Positions 25,827 through 34,978 of a stretch of DNA of 64,000 bases are shown here, in pieces. The notes below the pieces were generated by a model, which was not told where the DNA came from, made no database searches, and was given only the letters and a program-made list of their open reading frames with translations. Both the position numbers and the translations under genes were made by a program. The stretch's first letter is position 1. The number at the start of each line of letters is the position of its first letter. The DNA comes from a virus, in the IMG/VR virus record IMGVR_UViG_3300049049_000237, positions 16,003 through 80,002 of that record, one strand, 5' to 3'.

Positions 25827-27058
25827 CTCGAAGTGAAGTGGACCACCTTGAGCTTCGGGAAGCGGGGCTTCCCATCCGGGGTGAGCTGCTTGAAGCGCGT
25901 GATGGTGGCCTGCTTGCCGATGGCTTCCTCGCGCCGACGGTACATCTCACGGAGCTGGTCTCGCGTGCCGACGATGTCCGCCTTGAAGGTGCGCCCGTCC
26001 GCGAGCTCCATCTCCGCGATCTTCGCGAGGCCTGCTGCGTTGCCGACACCTTCGCGGATGTCGAGGATCGTGTACTCCTCGTCCTCGAACTCCTTGCGCT
26101 TCAAGAGGTACTTGGTGCGCTTGCCGATCTGGTACGCGACGTCGAAGCGCACCATCAGGCCCTCGAAGCCGTCGAGCAGCCAGTCGAGGTAGCAGGTGTC
26201 GAGCTGTTGGCGATCGTTCGCGTAGTGGCTGGGGACGACGACGAGCGGGCTGTGCACGATCTTCGTGGGCTTGCGCTCCGACACCGACTTCCACGGACCT
26301 TCGGGCTCTCGGCCGACCATGTCGTTGATCTCGGGACCGATGTCGTTGAAGAAGCGCTCGTACCAACGACGCGTGTCCTGCGTGCTGTGCAGACCGTCGT
26401 AGATCCAGTACTCGACCATCTTCTCGGTGAGCTCGACGTGCTCGACCGAGGGCTTCTGCTTCTTCACCAGCGAGACGATCTGGTTGAAGTCCTCGTGCAG
26501 GTCGTGGTTGTAGAGCTCGCCGTCGAGAATGGCCTCGGGATGCTTCTTGAAGAACGGCTTGAGCAGGCGCTCGATGTGCGGGACCGCGACGATGGGGTTG
26601 CCCTCGCGCGACCAGAGGCCGTTCGCCGTAGCGACGCACCGGATGCCGTCGAGCTTCGGCTGCAACCACACGCCGGGCTTGTAGTCGCGCTGCGGGTCGT
26701 ACTGCTTGACCTGTCCCTTGTCGTCGAAGAGGAACTTCGAGTCGTAGTCTTCGTACTTCAGCGCGAGCATGACGCGGAAGATGTTGCTGCCTCCCGCTTC
26801 CTCTGCCGTGTCCATGTACCCCTTCTTGCGCTTGAGGGTGTACTCGGACGCGACCTCACGTCGCGCTTGTTCCTCGGGCGACGTCTCGTTCGCACGCCCG
26901 ACGTTCTTCCCTTCGCAGACGGTCCACTCGCTTGTGACGACCGCACCATCGACCTGTCCCGAATGGGTTCGATGGCGTGCACCATCGCGCTCCATCCACC
27001 AGCGCTGAATGGCTCCCGTGGTCGTCTTCTTGTAGAGGACCGGCATCGATTCCGTCAT
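25820..27058 (-). CDS. lig: ATP-dependent DNA ligase with N-terminal WGR-like domain
   Basis: QPKLDGIRC (I), LDGELY (III), YWIYD (IIIa), FEGLMVR (IV), LLKRK (V). Confidence 0.92.
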   Translation of the reverse strand: MTESMPVLYKKTTTGAIQRWWMERDGARHRTHSGQVDGAVVTSEWTVCEGKNVGRANETSPEEQARREVASEYTLKRKKGYMDTAEEAGGSNIFRVMLALKYEDYDSKFLFDDKGQVKQYDPQRDYKPGVWLQPKLDGIRCVATANGLWSREGNPIVAVPHIERLLKPFFKKHPEAILDGELYNHDLHEDFNQIVSLVKKQKPSVEHVELTEKMVEYWIYDGLHSTQDTRRWYERFFNDIGPEINDMVGREPEGPWKSVSERKPTKIVHSPLVVVPSHYANDRQQLDTCYLDWLLDGFEGLMVRFDVAYQIGKRTKYLLKRKEFEDEEYTILDIREGVGNAAGLAKIAEMELADGRTFKADIVGTRDQLREMYRRREEAIGKQATITRFKQLTPDGKPRFPKLKVVHFTSRW

Positions 27059-27079
27059 GAAATGTCCCTCTCTCCTTCT

Positions 27080-27087
27080 CTGATAGC
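27080..27087 (-). promoter_or_regulatory. GCTATCAG promoter-like motif
   Basis: Preceded by TTCTTCTTTT; 22 bp upstream of the ligase ATG. Confidence 0.55.
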
Positions 27088-27262
27088 GAAAAGAAGAACT
27101 AGGCTTTCGCCAGTTCTTCTTGTGTGTCGTGGCCTCGGCCCCGACCTCACCGCGTGTCCGGAGCACGCAGCCCAGCAGAGGCTCCAGGTTCCAGCCCGCC
27201 ATAGCGAGCACAGTGTGGCTGAAGCGATGCTGGTTGAGGTCGGGGCCGAGGCCACGAATCCG

Positions 27263-28549
27263 TCAGTTCGTCTTGACGATGACGGGACGACCCGTCTCGG
27301 TCTCGATGTAGATGTCGACGAGCCGCAGCGTCAGGAGACGCTTGCAGCGCGAGCACTCACAGCGCGGCGTGGGCTCCTCGTAGGGCGAGTTGATGTCGGC
27401 GAGTGCCGCATCCCACGTGTCGTACATGCGCAGCAGCACGCCCTCGATGAAGCGCAGCGCTTCACGCTCGTCGTACGTGCAGCGGGGCGAGTTGAGATGC
27501 TCGCGCAGCACCGCGACCTTGAGATCGAGCAGATGCTCGGTGCCGTCACGCTGCACGCGGCGCTTGAACTCGTACGCCTGCATGCCGCTGAACTTCTCCT
27601 CGACGAGCTGACGGAGGGTGATGTTGCGCTGAGGGGCGCGCATCACGGGCTCGGGCATCTCGGGCGTCCCGTCGATCGGCAGCCCACCGAGGAGCAGCGC
27701 GTTCAGCAGGCCGAGCGGGAGCTTCTTCTCCGCCTTCGGAGCACGCACCTCATCGGCGGGCTTGTTGAGGCGGAAGACGAACGCCTCCTTGACACCGAGC
27801 TGCTTGAGCAGGTCCTGCAAGTCGGGCGGCAGGTCGCTGATGTCCATGCCCTTGTTGTCCGTCTCGGTGCTCTGCTTGAGCTCCTCGACGCGCTTGCTGC
27901 TCGCCGCGACCGACTCGTCGGTCCAGTCGGGGTGCAGGTTCTTCTTGATCTCCTGGAGGACTCGCGTGGTGATCGGCACCTGACGGTCCCGGTACCCACC
28001 CTCTCGGCGCTCGGCCTCGATGATGCCCATCGTGCGACGGGCGTCGACGATCCACCCACGCAGGAGACCCGCGACCTCCTTCGAGAGGTGCTCGTCCATC
28101 GAGCCCGCGAGATCCTCGGACATCTGCGGCCCGAGCGCGAGCGTGAGCGCGAGCATCACCGCCTCGTCCCCCGTGTACTTGTTGATGTTCACGGGGTCGT
28201 CGCCGAGGTGGTTCGCGAGCAGCGTCGAGAAGCCGACACGCTGCAAGCCCTCGATGACCATGCGCATCCGGTCGTCGTGGTGGAAGACGTGCAGCACCTT
28301 CATGTCCTGCTGCGAGATGGTCTCGTCGACGAACGTGACGGCACGCATGCTGGCGTCGAGGACGTGGAGCACATCCTCCGGCTCGCTCGCGAGCTGCGCG
28401 ATTCGATTCACGACGCGCTCGGAGGCCTCCTTGCCCACCTCCACCATCAGCGCCGCGATGAGCGCGTCCTTGATGTCCATCTGCGCGATGACCTTGCGGT
28501 TGCCGACGCTGGTGCTCGCGAAGTTCAGAGCGATCGATTCCGTGTTCAT
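27263..28549 (-). CDS. Large helical hypothetical protein
   Basis: GAACAAGAAC-ATG leader; CTATTAG motif upstream; strong codon bias. Confidence 0.7.
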   Translation of the reverse strand: MNTESIALNFASTSVGNRKVIAQMDIKDALIAALMVEVGKEASERVVNRIAQLASEPEDVLHVLDASMRAVTFVDETISQQDMKVLHVFHHDDRMRMVIEGLQRVGFSTLLANHLGDDPVNINKYTGDEAVMLALTLALGPQMSEDLAGSMDEHLSKEVAGLLRGWIVDARRTMGIIEAERREGGYRDRQVPITTRVLQEIKKNLHPDWTDESVAASSKRVEELKQSTETDNKGMDISDLPPDLQDLLKQLGVKEAFVFRLNKPADEVRAPKAEKKLPLGLLNALLLGGLPIDGTPEMPEPVMRAPQRNITLRQLVEEKFSGMQAYEFKRRVQRDGTEHLLDLKVAVLREHLNSPRCTYDEREALRFIEGVLLRMYDTWDAALADINSPYEEPTPRCECSRCKRLLTLRLVDIYIETETGRPVIVKTN

Positions 28550-28614
28550 GTTCTTGTTCCCTCGTTGGACGAGCAGCACTCCCTGCTACTCTTTCTTTCT
28601 AATAGGCGAAAAAC

Positions 28615-28800
28615 CTACGTCTTTCGCACCTGCTGGGTTGCGAAGGTCAACACCTTCTTGGTCCCGTCAGGGAGCGACACGCTCACCATGTAACGCCCCT
28701 TCGGCGTCACAGAGCGGAACGTGCCGTCCCTCCACTCGTACATGCCGGGACTGAGCTTGACCTTCGCCTGCACCGGGGTGCCGGGCGAAGGGACCTTCAC
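28615..28800 (-). CDS. Small beta-barrel (SH3/Tudor-like) protein
   Basis: GTPVQAKV..GTFRSV..YMVSV. Confidence 0.45.
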   Translation of the reverse strand: MKVPSPGTPVQAKVKLSPGMYEWRDGTFRSVTPKGRYMVSVSLPDGTKKVLTFATQQVRKT

Positions 28801-28997
28801 GCCGACGCCTCCGCGGGACGCTGCTCGGCTGCCAGCTCCTTGCGACGCTCGATGTCCTTCAGCGTCTTGAAGAAGCGACCGCGCGTGCGGCGCGCGTGCC
28901 CGAGCGAAGCGCCCGTCATCTCGGCGAGCTGCTTCGACGTGAGCGTGCGGTCCGCGTTGAGCTTGTTGATGATCTCGTCCGTCTTGTTCATGTCCAT
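28797..28997 (-). CDS. Small HTH protein
   Basis: LTSKQLAEMTGASLGHARRTR. Confidence 0.6.
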   Translation of the reverse strand: MDMNKTDEIINKLNADRTLTSKQLAEMTGASLGHARRTRGRFFKTLKDIERRKELAAEQRPAEASA

Positions 28998-28999
28998 TC

Positions 29000-29245
29000 T
29001 CACTCGATGTCGACGCCGCCCATCGGCGTCATGAAGCGTCTCGACGCACGTTCCATCTCTTGCTCGGAGAGGTCGCGTTCTTCGCACACGCAGCCGTACA
29101 TCGTGCCGCGTACGTAGGTTGCATAGAGGGCAGCACAAGTGTCTGCACACTCGCTGTGCATCTTTGCTGCGCCGCGGCTCCAGATATACGCCATGATCAT
29201 CACGCACGTGCCGATCACGACGATCCTCCGGATCGACTTCAACAT
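29000..29245 (-). CDS. Small membrane/secreted Cys protein
   Basis: Hydrophobic N-terminus; ECADTC..GCVC. Confidence 0.5.
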   Translation of the reverse strand: MLKSIRRIVVIGTCVMIMAYIWSRGAAKMHSECADTCAALYATYVRGTMYGCVCEERDLSEQEMERASRRFMTPMGGVDIE

Positions 29246-29409
29246 ACGCCCTCGAAGTAGCCGAGCGCGAGGAGCTCGGCACCGATGTCGTCGCGCGGGA
29301 TACCCGTGACTTCCGAGAGCTTGTCGAACCACGTCGAGTTCGGAAAGTCCTCTTCGGGATACTTCTTCACCGCATCTTCGAGGCTGACTTTGTCCTCCCC
29401 CTGCCTCAT
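29239..29409 (-). CDS. Small acidic protein
   Basis: My translation MRQGEDKVSLEDAVKKYPEEDF..; fills the gap in the coupled array. Confidence 0.5.
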   Translation of the reverse strand: MRQGEDKVSLEDAVKKYPEEDFPNSTWFDKLSEVTGIPRDDIGAELLALGYFEGVC

Positions 29410-29412
29410 GGC

Positions 29413-29790
29413 TCAGCTCCGCCGGTGGTAGGTCCAGCCACCAACGGTGTTGCCGTTGACGTCTCGAATAGCGCTAGCCTCGCGCACCTCGACGACCTTG
29501 GTGCGCGGGTTGCGCGGATGTTGCATGCCACGCTTGAGGTAGTCGGACACATCGAGCAGAGCGAAGGCGACATCACGCATCGTACGCATGCGCTCGTTTC
29601 CGAGCTGGATGCGGAGCACGAACTCGTTCTCTCCGCCCTCCAGAGCCTTCTGCACCTGTTCCTCGATTTCTTTCAGCACCGGGGCCATCTTCTCGCCCGG
29701 CTCACCAAGGTACGTGTCGACGATCTTCGCAGCTACTCGCCCGAGGATCTGCATCGTGAGCTCACGTGCGCGGGTATCCAACTTCATCAC
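29413..29790 (-). CDS. Hypothetical protein
   Basis: Coupled ORF; C-terminal IRDVNGNTVG. Confidence 0.6.
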   Translation of the reverse strand: MMKLDTRARELTMQILGRVAAKIVDTYLGEPGEKMAPVLKEIEEQVQKALEGGENEFVLRIQLGNERMRTMRDVAFALLDVSDYLKRGMQHPRNPRTKVVEVREASAIRDVNGNTVGGWTYHRRS

Positions 29791-31091
29791 TTCACCTTGT
29801 AGTTGTGTCCGACGACCTTAGTGGGCAGATCCACACCACGAACATGAGGCTCGATCCACTTCCGCGTGCGCTGCTTCCAGCCCGTCCCGTGCGCTTGGTT
29901 GCGCCAGTGCCCGCGGACCAGCGTCCTGTACGTCTGCGAGTAGCCGCCCACGCCACCACGGCGAACGTACTCACGCACCTCGGCGTCGACCTTCACGTCC
30001 GTGCCGACCTCGAAGATGCGCTCGTCCTTCAGTCGCTGGATGCGCTCCTGCACGTTCTTGCGCAGGTGCTTCCACTTCTTGTCGCCCTGGAGACGCTTGA
30101 TCTCGTCCGCGTGCGTGTGCTCGACCTTCGCCTTGTCCGAGCCGAGGTAGATGCAGAGGTTGAGCACGAACTTCAGAAGGAACTCGCGCAGCTCCACGCC
30201 CCGCATGACGTGGTCCCCGCATCGGCCGCGGTTCATCTTCTCCATCTCGCGGTTGCGCACCGAGGATTCGATGACCTCCTCGATCGACATCTCCGGCGCA
30301 CGGAGAACGTAGCTCATGAAAATCCACGAGTCGTCGAACGGATCACGGCTGTTCGGGTTGGGCTCCCCGTAGCACTCGATGAGCAGCCGCTCGCTGATGG
30401 CCGACTCGTCTGCGGTGTGGTCGCCTGCCGCACGAGCGATGTCGATCGTGCGCTGCGTGATTCTCCCGCGTGCGACCGTCAAGACACGAACCTCGTGCCA
30501 TCCGGTGCGCGGGTCCTCGATGTAGAACACCCCTGCCGGGAGCTCGATGTAGAACGCGTCCATCGGCAGGTGAAGGTCTGCGACGACGGTGCCCTTCAGA
30601 TCCGTGGCGAGGAGCTTGTGTGTGAGCGCGTCCGTCGGCCGGAACCAGTTCGACGTGTCCGACACACCTCGCAGTTTCAGGACCATCCACGTCATGATGA
30701 CGCTGTGCAGATCGGCGTACGGTCCCGCACCGCTCGACGCGATGACGGCCTGGTAGCGTCTATCTTCGACGAGCTCGCTGTACCAGTCGGGAGGCTGCAT
30801 GCCGCGGAACGCGTAGCCCGTCTCTTCACGGAACGCGGCGGCTTCACGGAAGATGGGCAGGCCACGGTTGAAGCGATCCTGCGCTTTGTTGAGCCACTGC
30901 GTCAGACGCTTCATCGAGTCGGTGCTGCGGACGAGGTCTTCGCCCACGTACCGCATGTCGTTGAAGTCCTTCTCCGTGGGGATGGGGAGACCATGCCGCT
31001 CGATGTCGTTGCGGGTCACGATGACCGGGATGTTCTGGGTCTCGGTTCGGCCCGTGGCCGTGGAGGCACCCAAGGTCAGCTTCTTGTTCAT
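29787..31091 (-). CDS. Phage protein with C-terminal VRGHWR motif
   Basis: LHLPMDAFYIE; LVRGHWRNQAHG..WIEPHVRG. Confidence 0.7.
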   Translation of the reverse strand: MNKKLTLGASTATGRTETQNIPVIVTRNDIERHGLPIPTEKDFNDMRYVGEDLVRSTDSMKRLTQWLNKAQDRFNRGLPIFREAAAFREETGYAFRGMQPPDWYSELVEDRRYQAVIASSGAGPYADLHSVIMTWMVLKLRGVSDTSNWFRPTDALTHKLLATDLKGTVVADLHLPMDAFYIELPAGVFYIEDPRTGWHEVRVLTVARGRITQRTIDIARAAGDHTADESAISERLLIECYGEPNPNSRDPFDDSWIFMSYVLRAPEMSIEEVIESSVRNREMEKMNRGRCGDHVMRGVELREFLLKFVLNLCIYLGSDKAKVEHTHADEIKRLQGDKKWKHLRKNVQERIQRLKDERIFEVGTDVKVDAEVREYVRRGGVGGYSQTYRTLVRGHWRNQAHGTGWKQRTRKWIEPHVRGVDLPTKVVGHNYKVK

Positions 31092-31112
31092 GTTCGTGTT
31101 CTTCTTGGAATA

Positions 31113-31143
31113 GCAGAAGGGGCCTCCCGTAGGAAGCCCCTTC
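31113..31143 (-). terminator. Hairpin / probable terminator
   Basis: AGAAGGGGCTTCC-TAC-GGGAGGCCCCTTCT. Confidence 0.6.
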
Positions 31144-31152
31144 TAGTTCATC

Positions 31153-31791
31153 TCAGCCGCCGAGCTGCTCTTCGTCTTCGAGCGTGCTCGGGCGTACGAA
31201 GAAGGCGTTTGCCGTACCGGGACACGCGAGCTGCACGAGGCCCAGCCGTCGCGCACGCTCCATGTCCATCGCGCCGCCCCAGTCATCGGGTACCCGATCG
31301 CAGGGACCCCACGTGCTCCAGTCGTCGAGGCGGTACTCCACCACCTGACCAGCTCGCTCGTACGTGGCGAGCCATCGTTCACGGAACACGGACCACGGTG
31401 CGTGCGGTCTTCGCTCAGCTCCCCTTGAAGTGCTGACCCAGGTCTCCGTGGGCCAGCGTGCGGGCTCAGTGCCGCGAGAGTTCAGGTCCCAGAGCCACGG
31501 TCGCGAGATCTGTCCTTGTCTTCCGATGAGCCGTCGTGCGTATGCACCCGCTGCACCGACGTACGAGCCGCCGATGCGCTGTTGCGTGCGGAGGATGACG
31601 GCATGGATGCCGAGCATGTCGGCTTCCGCCTCCCAGCCCGCTTCGCTGACCGTGAGGACCGCGAGTGCGAGCTGTGGCGTCATGCGACGCCGTGGGGCCT
31701 CGCGCGGAGCATCCTGCCCCGCCACCGACGCGCTGCACAAGAGCGCGAGGGCGCTGCCCACCAGCATCAGCCACTTGAAGATCTTCTGCAT
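31153..31791 (-). CDS. Secreted protein, possible SleB-like cell wall hydrolase
   Basis: Signal peptide; LALAVLTVSEAG..IHAVILR resembles the SleB EA..AVA.VILNR pattern. Confidence 0.4.
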   Translation of the reverse strand: MQKIFKWLMLVGSALALLCSASVAGQDAPREAPRRRMTPQLALAVLTVSEAGWEAEADMLGIHAVILRTQQRIGGSYVGAAGAYARRLIGRQGQISRPWLWDLNSRGTEPARWPTETWVSTSRGAERRPHAPWSVFRERWLATYERAGQVVEYRLDDWSTWGPCDRVPDDWGGAMDMERARRLGLVQLACPGTANAFFVRPSTLEDEEQLGG

Positions 31792-31805
31792 GTTGTCTCC
31801 TGGGT

Positions 31806-31846
31806 TGAAACGACAAAGCCCCGCGCCGATTGCTCGGGGCGGGGCT
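31806..31846 (-). terminator. Intrinsic terminator
   Basis: AGCCCCGCCCCGA-GCAA-TCGGCGCGGGGCT-TTGTCGTTT. Confidence 0.75.
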
Positions 31847-31889
31847 CCATCAGTTCGAGAGGATCGCTAAGCTAGGACAGGAGGGACGT

Positions 31890-32222
31890 TCAGGCCAGCG
31901 CCTTCTTCGCCGCCTCGAAGTGCTCCATCGCCTTCCGCGCCTTCTTCACCTCGGGCGTGTTGTCCTCGCCCTTGGCCTCGAAGCGGGCGACCATGTTCGC
32001 GAGCTGCGCGATCGCCTTGTCGGCCTTCTCGCCCACGCGCTCGTTCACCGCCGCGGGATCCTTCGAGTAGCGCTCGGCATCGACGTGACCACCGCGCAGC
32101 GCCGAGCGCGCGGGACCGCCCGAGCCCGAGGCGGGCTTCGCCGCCGCCTTCTTCGCGGGCGCCTTCTTCGTCGCGGTCTTCTTCGCCGCCTTCTTGGCGG
32201 TCTTCTTCGTGGTGCGGGCCAT
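31890..32222 (-). CDS. Lys/Ala-rich histone H1-like nucleoid protein
   Basis: KKTAKKAAKKTATKKAPAKKAAAK plus helical C-terminus. Confidence 0.65.
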   Translation of the reverse strand: MARTTKKTAKKAAKKTATKKAPAKKAAAKPASGSGGPARSALRGGHVDAERYSKDPAAVNERVGEKADKAIAQLANMVARFEAKGEDNTPEVKKARKAMEHFEAAKKALA

Positions 32223-32224
32223 TG

Positions 32225-32926
32225 TCAGCTCCTCTTCTCTTCCGTGCAGGGTCGGTGGACTTGCGGGATGCGGCCGTACTTCTTGATCGCCTTGCGATGC
32301 TCTTCGGTGCCGTAACCAGCGTTCGTCCCGAAGTTATACTGTGGGAACTTCTTGTCAAGCAAGTTCATCTCGACGTCCCGGTGGAACTTCGCGAAGATCG
32401 AGGCCGCGCTAACCGCCGGAACGAAAGTATCCGCCTTCTTCACGAACATGGTCAGCACGCCCAGGGCGCGCAGCGACTCGCGAAGAGACGAAGATCCACT
32501 GCCATCGACGATCACCACGAGTTGTTCTCGGGTGACTCCTCGGGGCAGGTACTTCACCACATCCCGGACGGAGGTCGTCATGGCCTGGGTCCAGGTGGCG
32601 GCCTGCCCGATCTTCTCGATGCTGGCTACCGTACCCGCCGTCTCTGCATGGCACGCGACCGCCTCATCGATGAGCTCGACGAGGACATCGCGTTCGTGCT
32701 TCGACGTGAGCTTGGAGTCCCGCACGACGTCCATCGTCCAGTACCGGGAGGTGAGGACGGCCGACGTGTAGAACGGCCCAGCGAAGGCGCCGGTTCCACT
32801 CTCATCGACCCCGATGATGTGCGTCACCTTCGGGTTCGTGTTGTCGATGATCGCGTGCAGGCGCTTCAGCATCTGCGCGGGCGTTTCATCTCCAGTGAGC
32901 GGGGCCACGTGTGCGGGCTTCTTCAT
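32225..32926 (-). CDS. rnhB: Ribonuclease HII
   Basis: GVDESGTG..GP, RDSKL, IVDG, KADT..VSAASIFAK..RD, GYGT..H..HR. Confidence 0.93.
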   Translation of the reverse strand: MKKPAHVAPLTGDETPAQMLKRLHAIIDNTNPKVTHIIGVDESGTGAFAGPFYTSAVLTSRYWTMDVVRDSKLTSKHERDVLVELIDEAVACHAETAGTVASIEKIGQAATWTQAMTTSVRDVVKYLPRGVTREQLVVIVDGSGSSSLRESLRALGVLTMFVKKADTFVPAVSAASIFAKFHRDVEMNLLDKKFPQYNFGTNAGYGTEEHRKAIKKYGRIPQVHRPCTEEKRS

Positions 32927-33069
32927 GTTCAGCGCTTCCAGTGCCAGATCAGGTTGAACAAGAACAGCAGGAGCATCGGGAGCATGCAAGCCCCGAAGCA
33001 ACAACTAGTCACCGCTCCACCGAGAAAGGAGAAGGCGTCGATGCCCACATGGACATCGTACGCCTTCTC

Positions 33070-33663
33070 TCACGCGTAGCGGTGGTCGTCCTCGACGCCC
33101 CAGTGGTTCCTGGAGCTCGCGACCCCCGACCCGATCCACTTCGGTAGCTGGTACGTCGGGCGCAGCCGGTCGTCGAGAAGCCCAAGACGCTGCGCTCGCT
33201 GAATACCACGGCGCCACCACTTGGAACGCCGATCGCGGGGTTCGAGAGGGAAGAACCTCTCGAAGAAGTTCTCTCGATCGATCTTCCACGAGATCTCGGT
33301 GATCTCTTGGTACTCGCGGACCGAGCGAAGGAACCACCGGGCGTCGTTCTTCATGCGCCGAGCGAGGTGCTTTGCCAGGCACCACTCGAACGGCATGAGC
33401 AGGTACCCCTCGCACAACAACAGCCCCGGCTTGCCGAGGATGGCGTGCACGAACTCGTGGAACACGTCCGACGGCTCCGCATTGCAGGCGTACACGTATC
33501 GCTGGGAGAGCGAGAAGCCGGCATGCCCTTGCGGTCCCCAGGAGAAGTCTGCGGGAAGCGGTGGAGGCTTGTTCGACCCATCCACCGTCCAGCAGAACCA
33601 ATCCATCTTGACACCATAGCGCTCCGCCGCTTCGAGCACGACGGGCGTCATGTAGTCGGTCAT
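33070..33663 (-). CDS. HExxH-containing hypothetical protein
   Basis: DVFHEFVHAILG. Confidence 0.5.
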   Translation of the reverse strand: MTDYMTPVVLEAAERYGVKMDWFCWTVDGSNKPPPLPADFSWGPQGHAGFSLSQRYVYACNAEPSDVFHEFVHAILGKPGLLLCEGYLLMPFEWCLAKHLARRMKNDARWFLRSVREYQEITEISWKIDRENFFERFFPLEPRDRRSKWWRRGIQRAQRLGLLDDRLRPTYQLPKWIGSGVASSRNHWGVEDDHRYA

Positions 33664-34118
33664 GTGTACTCGATCACCTCGTTGTTATACTCGTCGGGCA
33701 TGAACAAGAAGATCGGGATGCGGAGCTCCTGCGCCACTTCCACGAACTCCATGTCGTCGATGAACTCCGGCCTGCGGAGTTGGTATGCCGTGGGGAACAC
33801 CCACAGCGCATGCGCATCGATGAGAGACGTTGCGTCTCTCTCGTAGTTATCGTTCTTGCACATGCGGCGTGCACGTTGCTCCGGCGGCGAGCCGAACACC
33901 TCGACGTCGAAGCCCATCGGTGGCGCGAGCCGCTCGACGAAGTCCTCGGGCCCCGCGATCATCCCGCTCACGCGGAACTTCACGGGGCGACCGAGGCTCT
34001 TCAGGTCGAACATCGTGTACTCGATGAGATCGCGATCGAGGTAGGTGCTGCGAAGCCGCGGCCCCATCACGACCACGGTCGGGCTCGCGTGCGGTACGAG
34101 TACTTCGACGTGGCGCAT
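33660..34118 (-). CDS. Divergent SLOG (YspA-like) protein
   Basis: VVVMGPR, RVSG..GPEDF..A, ERD..DAHALWVFP, AQELRIPIFLF. Confidence 0.5.
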   Translation of the reverse strand: MRHVEVLVPHASPTVVVMGPRLRSTYLDRDLIEYTMFDLKSLGRPVKFRVSGMIAGPEDFVERLAPPMGFDVEVFGSPPEQRARRMCKNDNYERDATSLIDAHALWVFPTAYQLRRPEFIDDMEFVEVAQELRIPIFLFMPDEYNNEVIEYT

Positions 34119-34120
34119 GT

Positions 34121-34564
34121 TCAGGCGTCGTGGTTCAGGCAGAGCTCGGCGAGTTCGAGCACCTTGGCGAGGTCGTTGTCCTTGCCCGCCAGAGCAAGAC
34201 GTCCCTCAGCCACCGCCTGTTGGAGCAGCGATCGAGGATCGTCGTGGCCCCAGATGTCGTAGTGCTCTGCCGTGAGCTTCCTGCGCCGCTCGAAGATCCA
34301 GTCCTTCAGCGCCTGCTGTTCGGAGATCATGAAGATCTTCGCGGACTTCGTCTTCTCACGCCACTCCAAGTACTCCGACGGGTCCATACGATTCCGACGA
34401 TTCTCGTCGCCGAGCTGCTTCTCGACGTTGAGGATGTTCGTCGTGGTTTCCCGGAGACGCTTGCGCGCCTCCTTCATCGTCTTGGGCTCCTCGAAGTGAT
34501 ACTTGTCGGGATGCCTTCCTGCGTGCTGCGTAGGTGCGTTCTGCTGATGCCTCTTCGTGTTCAT
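34121..34564 (-). CDS. Helical hypothetical protein
   Basis: NVEKQLG..EYLEWREKTKSA. Confidence 0.6.
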   Translation of the reverse strand: MNTKRHQQNAPTQHAGRHPDKYHFEEPKTMKEARKRLRETTTNILNVEKQLGDENRRNRMDPSEYLEWREKTKSAKIFMISEQQALKDWIFERRRKLTAEHYDIWGHDDPRSLLQQAVAEGRLALAGKDNDLAKVLELAELCLNHDA

Positions 34565-34579
34565 CTTGTCCTCGTTGGC

Positions 34580-34978
34580 CTAGTACCTGTACGGACCCAG
34601 GCCAGGAATCGGGGGCGGTATGGGCACCGCACGCCGCACGTATACCAGGAGTCCGTTCGCGCGCGCGATCTGAATCATGTCTCCCGTCCCCGGCGATTCG
34701 CCGTCCCAGAGAGCCACGAGCGCATCGGCGCGCATCTTCGTCCCCATGTACACGTTGCGGAGATGACCTGCCTTCTTACCGAACCGTTCCCAGTCTGCGG
34801 GAGCGGGATCCACCGGGATGTGATGCTTCCTTGCGAAGATCTCTCCCAGATTGTCCACGCCGCGGGCCTTTCCGCTGATGACAGTCGTGAACCAGTAGCC
34901 GCTGCTCAGACACGCTTCTTCGAGAACAGGGTAATCGTTGAGCGTGAAGCTGCGGCTACCGGCGATGATGACGCGCAT
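34580..34978 (-). CDS. SLOG family protein (YspA/DUF2493-like)
   Basis: MRVIIAGSRSF, VISGKARGVD, ADWERFGKKAG.LRN, WDGESPGT. Confidence 0.88.
   Translation of the reverse strand: MRVIIAGSRSFTLNDYPVLEEACLSSGYWFTTVISGKARGVDNLGEIFARKHHIPVDPAPADWERFGKKAGHLRNVYMGTKMRADALVALWDGESPGTGDMIQIARANGLLVYVRRAVPIPPPIPGLGPYRY

Noticed and set aside
25838-28693. Long plus-strand ORFs (951 aa here; also 16667..18409, 29766..31436, 42713..44401, 51784..53736)
   Set aside because: Antisense shadows of well-supported minus-strand genes in high-GC DNA; no motifs or SD
31890-32222. Histone H3 tail mimic (MARTTKKTAKK versus ARTKQTARK)
   Set aside because: Match is short and low complexity; no histone fold follows
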